Below are positions 59,422-64,000 of a stretch of DNA of 64,000 nt, piece after piece. Source of the stretch: Deltaproteobacteria bacterium. Lineage in GTDB: Bacteria > Myxococcota_A > Polyangia > Polyangiales > Houyiibacteriaceae. Below the pieces are notes generated by a model. It ran no database searches and was not told where the DNA came from. It worked only from the letters and a program-made list of their open reading frames with translations. The DNA is taken from assembly GCA_034670305.1 (NCBI GenBank), contig JAXMNT010000004.1, positions 81,182 to 145,181 on the forward strand, read 5' to 3'. Position numbers and translations under genes: made by a program. Position 1 is the stretch's first letter. Each line of letters begins with the position of its first letter.

Positions 59422-60896
59422 AACTCCCTTCCTTCTCCCCCATCGCGCTGCTGCTCGCCGCGTCGCTCGGTTGCCTTCCCCACAGCCGCGTCGAAGAACC
59501 CGAGCCCGTGCTCGATCTGCCGCCCACGTTTGGCGGCGCCGAGATCCCTGGTGCGCAAGCCAGCGAAGAGACCGCCGATTCCCGTTGGTGGCTCCGCTAC
59601 GAGGATCCCGAACTGCATCGGCTGATCACCGAGGCGCTCCAGAGCAACCTCTCGCTCCGCGCCCGTTGGGTAGCGATTCAACAGGCGCAAGCGCTCGCGA
59701 CGCAAGCCGCTGCCGCCCGCTACCCCACCGTCGCGGCCCAGGGACGCGCAAGCTACGGGCGCAACATCTCGGCGTTCGCAACCACCGAGAGCGTCAACCT
59801 GAGCGCGTCGTTGCCGGTCACCTACGAGGTCGATCTCTTCGGTCGCTGGCGGGGCAACGCCGAGGCGGCCAACGTCGAAGTCGAGGCCACCCGCTACGAC
59901 GTGCAAGCGCTCGCCATCTCGACCTCCGCGCAGGTCGGCGAGGCCTGGTACTCGCTGGTCGACGCCCGCGCCCGGCTGGCGCTCTTGACCACCCAGCACG
60001 AGACCGACGAGACCTTCCTCGAACTCGTGCGGCTCCGCTTCGAGCAAGGGCTCGCCTCGGCGGTCGATGTGCACCAACAGCGGCTCCAGTCCGCCGCTTC
60101 GCTCCAGCAGGTCGACGCGGTCACCTCGGAGATCGAGCTCGCCCACCAACAGCTCTCGCTCTTGCTCGGCCGGCGCGCCTCGGATGTGCAAGTCGCCGAG
60201 ATCGCCCAGTTCCCCGAACTCGGCGACACCCCGGCGCGCGGCGCGCCCGCCGACGTCGTGTGGGCACGCCCCGATGTGCGCAGCGCGCAAGAACGGGTGC
60301 GCGCGAGCGACTGGCGCATCGGCTCGGCCATCGCGAGCCGCCTGCCCTCCATTCGTCTCGATGTGACGCCCGGCTACTCGTGGCAGCGCAACGAGCTGAG
60401 CGGCAGCATGTTCGGGACCGGTGAGCCCACCATCGCCCATGGGTTCATCTTCAACGCGGGCGCCACCCTGAACGTGCCGCTGTTTGACGGGTTCGCGGGA
60501 CGCGGGGCCGTCGAGCAACAGCAAGCCGCGCTCCAGCAACAGGTCGAAGTGCTCTCCCAGACGGTGCTCTCTGCACTGCTCGAGGTCGAAGGCGCCATCG
60601 TGCAGGAAGCGCAGCAGGTCCGCACCATCGAGCTGCTCGAGCAGCAACTCGAGATCGCCGGACAGACCCTCGAGAGTGCCCGCGAGCGCTACCGCGGCGG
60701 CTTGAGCGACTTCTTGCCGGTGCTCACCGCGCTTCAGGCCCAGCACCGGGTGGAGCTGAGCACCCAACTCGCCCGCCGCCAGCTCATCTCTCGCCGCATC
60801 CAGCTCCACCGAGCGTTGGGCGGCGACTGGCCCGACTCGCTCGAGGCCCCGCGTCCCACGGAGCTCCGCGACGGGGCGGAAGGATCCGAATCGTGA
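59418..60896 (+). CDS. RND efflux outer membrane lipoprotein (OprM/NodT family)
   Basis: SLGC lipobox, WWLRYEDPEL, YEVDLFGR, RPDVRSA and LHRALGGDW motifs. Confidence 0.92.
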   Translation: MKLPSFSPIALLLAASLGCLPHSRVEEPEPVLDLPPTFGGAEIPGAQASEETADSRWWLRYEDPELHRLITEALQSNLSLRARWVAIQQAQALATQAAAARYPTVAAQGRASYGRNISAFATTESVNLSASLPVTYEVDLFGRWRGNAEAANVEVEATRYDVQALAISTSAQVGEAWYSLVDARARLALLTTQHETDETFLELVRLRFEQGLASAVDVHQQRLQSAASLQQVDAVTSEIELAHQQLSLLLGRRASDVQVAEIAQFPELGDTPARGAPADVVWARPDVRSAQERVRASDWRIGSAIASRLPSIRLDVTPGYSWQRNELSGSMFGTGEPTIAHGFIFNAGATLNVPLFDGFAGRGAVEQQQAALQQQVEVLSQTVLSALLEVEGAIVQEAQQVRTIELLEQQLEIAGQTLESARERYRGGLSDFLPVLTALQAQHRVELSTQLARRQLISRRIQLHRALGGDWPDSLEAPRPTELRDGAEGSES

Positions 60897-62140
60897 ACAC
60901 CAAGACCATCCTCAAGGGTGTGCTGCCCGTCGTGATCCTCGCTGGCGGCTTCGGTCTGATGAAGCTGATGATCGCGACCAAACCCGAAGCCGAGCGCCGC
61001 CCCCAACAGGACGAAGCGCTGCTGGTGGAGGTCGTCGAGGTGCACGCCACCCAAGAGACCGTGACCCTCACGCTGCAAGGCCAACTCCTGCCGGCCCGCC
61101 AGGTCGTACTCGTCCCCGAAGTCGGCGGGCGCGTTCAATCGATGAGCGAGAACCTGGTGCCCGGCGGCCGGTTCGCACAAGGCGAGACCATGCTCCGGGT
61201 CGACGGCCGCGACTACCGCTTGGCGGTCGACTCCCGCGGGGCCGAGGTCAACCGCGCCGAACTCGAACTCCAGCTCGAACAAGGCCGGCAGGTGGTCGCG
61301 CAGCGCGAGTGGCAAGCGTTCGGCGCGCCCGAAGCCGCCGAAGGCGGGAGCGAACAAGGCCGCGCGCTGGCGCTCCGGCAACCGCAGGTCGAGACCGCGG
61401 AGGTCGGGGTCCGGTCGGCCCGCAGCGCCATCCAGCAAGCGCGCTTGAACCTTCAGCGCACCACCCTGCGTGCGCCGTTCAACGCGATGGTGATGATGGA
61501 GAACGTCGACGTCGGACAGCTCATCGGGCCGAGTTCCCAGGTCGCGACGCTGGTCGGCACCGACGAGTTCTGGGCCCGGGTATCGGTCCCGGTCGCGCAG
61601 CTCGCGCACATTCGATTCCCCGACCGCGACGGCGAAGGGTCGCCCGCGGTGGTCTGGCAGATGATCGGAGGCCAGCGGGTGCAGCGGGCTGGCCGGGTGG
61701 TGCGGCTGCTTCCCGACGTCGACCCGATCGGCTCGATGGCGCGCGTGCTCATCGCCATCGAAGACCCGCTCGCGCTCGCGGAAGACAACGACTCGTTGCC
61801 GATGCTGCTCGGCTCGTTCGTGCAGGTGGAGATCGCTGCCGGGGTGCTGGAAGACGTCATCGAAGTGCCGCGCTTCGCGACCCGCGACGGCAACCGCGTG
61901 TTCGTGATGGGTTCGGATTCCAAGCTGGAGATCCGGCCGATCGACGTCGCGTGGAGCCGTGAGGACAGCGTCTTGGTCCGCGCATCCTCCGGCGAAGGCA
62001 GCGGACTTCGGGCCGGCGAGCGCATCGTGACCAGCCGGGTGCCGACGCCGGTCGCCGGCCTTCCACTGCGGGTGGCCGAGGCGGCGCCCCAACGCGCCGC
62101 CGCCGACGGTGCCGGTGACGCGGCCGAGGCGACGCCGTGA
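60893..62140 (+). CDS. RND efflux periplasmic adaptor (MFP)
   Basis: PEVGGRV, ARLNLQRTTLRAPFN and GLRAGERIV motifs. Confidence 0.92.
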   Translation: MNTKTILKGVLPVVILAGGFGLMKLMIATKPEAERRPQQDEALLVEVVEVHATQETVTLTLQGQLLPARQVVLVPEVGGRVQSMSENLVPGGRFAQGETMLRVDGRDYRLAVDSRGAEVNRAELELQLEQGRQVVAQREWQAFGAPEAAEGGSEQGRALALRQPQVETAEVGVRSARSAIQQARLNLQRTTLRAPFNAMVMMENVDVGQLIGPSSQVATLVGTDEFWARVSVPVAQLAHIRFPDRDGEGSPAVVWQMIGGQRVQRAGRVVRLLPDVDPIGSMARVLIAIEDPLALAEDNDSLPMLLGSFVQVEIAAGVLEDVIEVPRFATRDGNRVFVMGSDSKLEIRPIDVAWSREDSVLVRASSGEGSGLRAGERIVTSRVPTPVAGLPLRVAEAAPQRAAADGAGDAAEATP

Positions 62141-64000
62141 GCTCCGACGGCGATCAGGACGTGCTTCCCGAGGGCACGGAGCCGCCCAAGCCTCCGGAGG
62201 GAACCGCCCGCATCGGCGACGGGCCCTACCGCGACGGCGAACACGTCGAAGAGAAGCTCGACACCGGCGGCATCCTCGGATGGTTCACCACGAACCGCGT
62301 CGCAGCGAACGTGCTGATGGCGATCATCCTCATCGGTGGCCTCGTCATGATGCTCACCCAGGTGAAGCAAGAGGTCTTCCCCGAGGTCGAGATCGAGATG
62401 GTGCTCATCAACATCCCCTACCCCGGCGCGTCGCCCGAGGAAGTGGAGCAGGGGGTGGTGCTCGCGGTCGAAGAAGCGGTCCGCGGACTCGACGGTGTCA
62501 AAGAGGTGCGCGGCACCGCGAGCGAAGGCATGGCCGTCGTCGCGGTGGAGCTCTTGCTCGGCGCCGACAAGGACCGCGCGCTCAACGACGTGAAGAGTGC
62601 GATCGACCGGGTGACCTCGTTGCCCGAAGACGTGGAGCGTCCGGTGGTCGCGCTGGCCACCAACCGCCGGCAGGCGATCAGTTTGGTGCTCTACGGCGAC
62701 GTCGAAAATGCCGAGTCGGTGCTGCACGATCTTGCCGACCAGGTGCGCTTCGACCTGCTGGCCAAAGACGACATCACCTACGTGGAGATCAGCGGCACCC
62801 GTCCGCTCGAGATCTCGGTGGACGTCTCGCAGGAACAACTGCGGGCCCACCGGCTGACGCTCGGCGGTGTCTCGCAAGCCATTCGCGCCGCCTCGGTCGA
62901 GATCCCAGGCGGCGGCGTCAAGACCCGCAGCGGCGAAGTACTGCTTCGCACCACCGAACGCCGCGACACCGCCGCCGAGCTCGAGTCGATCGCGATTCGC
63001 AGCCGGGCAGACGGAAGCTCACTGAGGCTCGGCGACTTCGCCACCGTCACCGACGGCTTCCGGGAAGAAGACCGCGCGTCCTACTTCAACGGCGAACGCG
63101 CCGTGATGATCGACGTCTACCGGGTGGGCGACCAGGGTCCGATCGAAGTCAGCTCCGCGGTCCACGACTACATCGCGAACGAGCTGCCCGGGCGTCTGCC
63201 CCCCGGCATGCAGGCCGCCGCGTGGAACGACTCGTCCGAAGTCTACGCGGACCGCATCGACCTGCTCAGCCGCAACGCGAAGGTCGGCCTCATCCTGGTG
63301 TTGCTCGTGCTCGGGCTCTTCCTCGAACCGCGCCTGGCGTTCTGGGTCACGCTCGGCATCCCGATCAGCTTCGCCGGCTCGCTCTTGTTCCTGCCGACGA
63401 TGGACGTGTCCATCAACATGATCAGCCTCTTCGCGTTCATCGTGACCTTAGGCATGGTCGTCGACGACGCGATCGTGGTCGGGGAGGCGATCTATCAAAA
63501 GCGATCCGAGGGCATGGGCCTCTTGCCCGCGGCGCTCGCGGGCGTGCGCGAAGTCGCCATCCCGGTGTGTTTCTCGATCGCCACCACCTGCGTCGCGTTC
63601 GCGCCGATGCTCTTCGTGCCGGGCGTGAGCGGCAAGTTCTTCCGCAACATCCCGCTCGTGGTCATCGCGGTGCTCTTGATCTCGCTGGTCGAGTCCTTGC
63701 TGATTCTCCCCGCGCACCTTTCGCACAAGATGCCGTGGTTCCTCCGGGTGCTGCTCGCCCCGCTGCTCATGCCGATGGAGCTGCTCGGCAAACTGCGCAT
63801 CGACAAGGGCCTCGGCGTCTTCATCCGCAAGGCGTACCAGCCGGTCCTGGAGATGGCCCTTCGCTGGCGCTACGCGACCTTCGCGCTGTGTTGCGCCCTC
63901 GCCCTCGGCACCTGCGGCTTGCCCGCAAGCGGACGACTCCAGTTCACGTTCCTGCCGAAGATCGAAGGCGACGTGATCAACGCCACCCTGCGCATGCCGG
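62137..64000 (+). CDS. RND efflux permease, AcrB family (partial; runs off window end)
   Basis: Not in the ORF track. My translation shows NRVAANVLM, YPGASPEEVEQG, INMISLFAFIVTLGMVVDDAIVVGE and ESLLILPAHL. Confidence 0.93.
   Translation, partial: MSSDGDQDVLPEGTEPPKPPEGTARIGDGPYRDGEHVEEKLDTGGILGWFTTNRVAANVLMAIILIGGLVMMLTQVKQEVFPEVEIEMVLINIPYPGASPEEVEQGVVLAVEEAVRGLDGVKEVRGTASEGMAVVAVELLLGADKDRALNDVKSAIDRVTSLPEDVERPVVALATNRRQAISLVLYGDVENAESVLHDLADQVRFDLLAKDDITYVEISGTRPLEISVDVSQEQLRAHRLTLGGVSQAIRAASVEIPGGGVKTRSGEVLLRTTERRDTAAELESIAIRSRADGSSLRLGDFATVTDGFREEDRASYFNGERAVMIDVYRVGDQGPIEVSSAVHDYIANELPGRLPPGMQAAAWNDSSEVYADRIDLLSRNAKVGLILVLLVLGLFLEPRLAFWVTLGIPISFAGSLLFLPTMDVSINMISLFAFIVTLGMVVDDAIVVGEAIYQKRSEGMGLLPAALAGVREVAIPVCFSIATTCVAFAPMLFVPGVSGKFFRNIPLVVIAVLLISLVESLLILPAHLSHKMPWFLRVLLAPLLMPMELLGKLRIDKGLGVFIRKAYQPVLEMALRWRYATFALCCALALGTCGLPASGRLQFTFLPKIEGDVINATLRMP

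Overview
High-GC core-genome segment, most likely from a Myxococcota bacterium (Polyangia/Sandaracinaceae-like; inferred from a TIGR04551-like barrel, a TIGR02266-like PilZ protein, Hanks kinases and VDLRTD-type lipoproteins). It carries an envelope cluster (prfB-lysS-lolC/E-lolD-bamA-skp-TolC-MlaC), an ECF sigma/anti-sigma/kinase locus, an S1-domain protein, two tRNA-Val genes, tandem CAP lipoproteins, gmk and yicC, radA, RNase J, tig-clpP-clpX-lon, a two-component system and a TetR-RND efflux operon. The unexplained feature is about 13 dispersed, internally drifting period-6 arrays (C[A/G]GNNN, mostly TCGGCN/NGCCGA; roughly 3 kb by my coordinate tally). They sit between housekeeping genes and, in frame, inside proteins. 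Several small palindromic elements with GNA-triloop (GCGAAGC) mini-hairpins accompany them. Between clpP and clpX these parts come together in one ~1.2 kb insert: a frameshifted four-helix-bundle (23S-IVS/Avd-like) gene, a 28-bp-stem multi-hairpin and a hexamer array. This is the best candidate for an undescribed repeat-generating or mobile system, but no catalytic enzyme (RT, HUH nuclease, transposase) is visible in the window.
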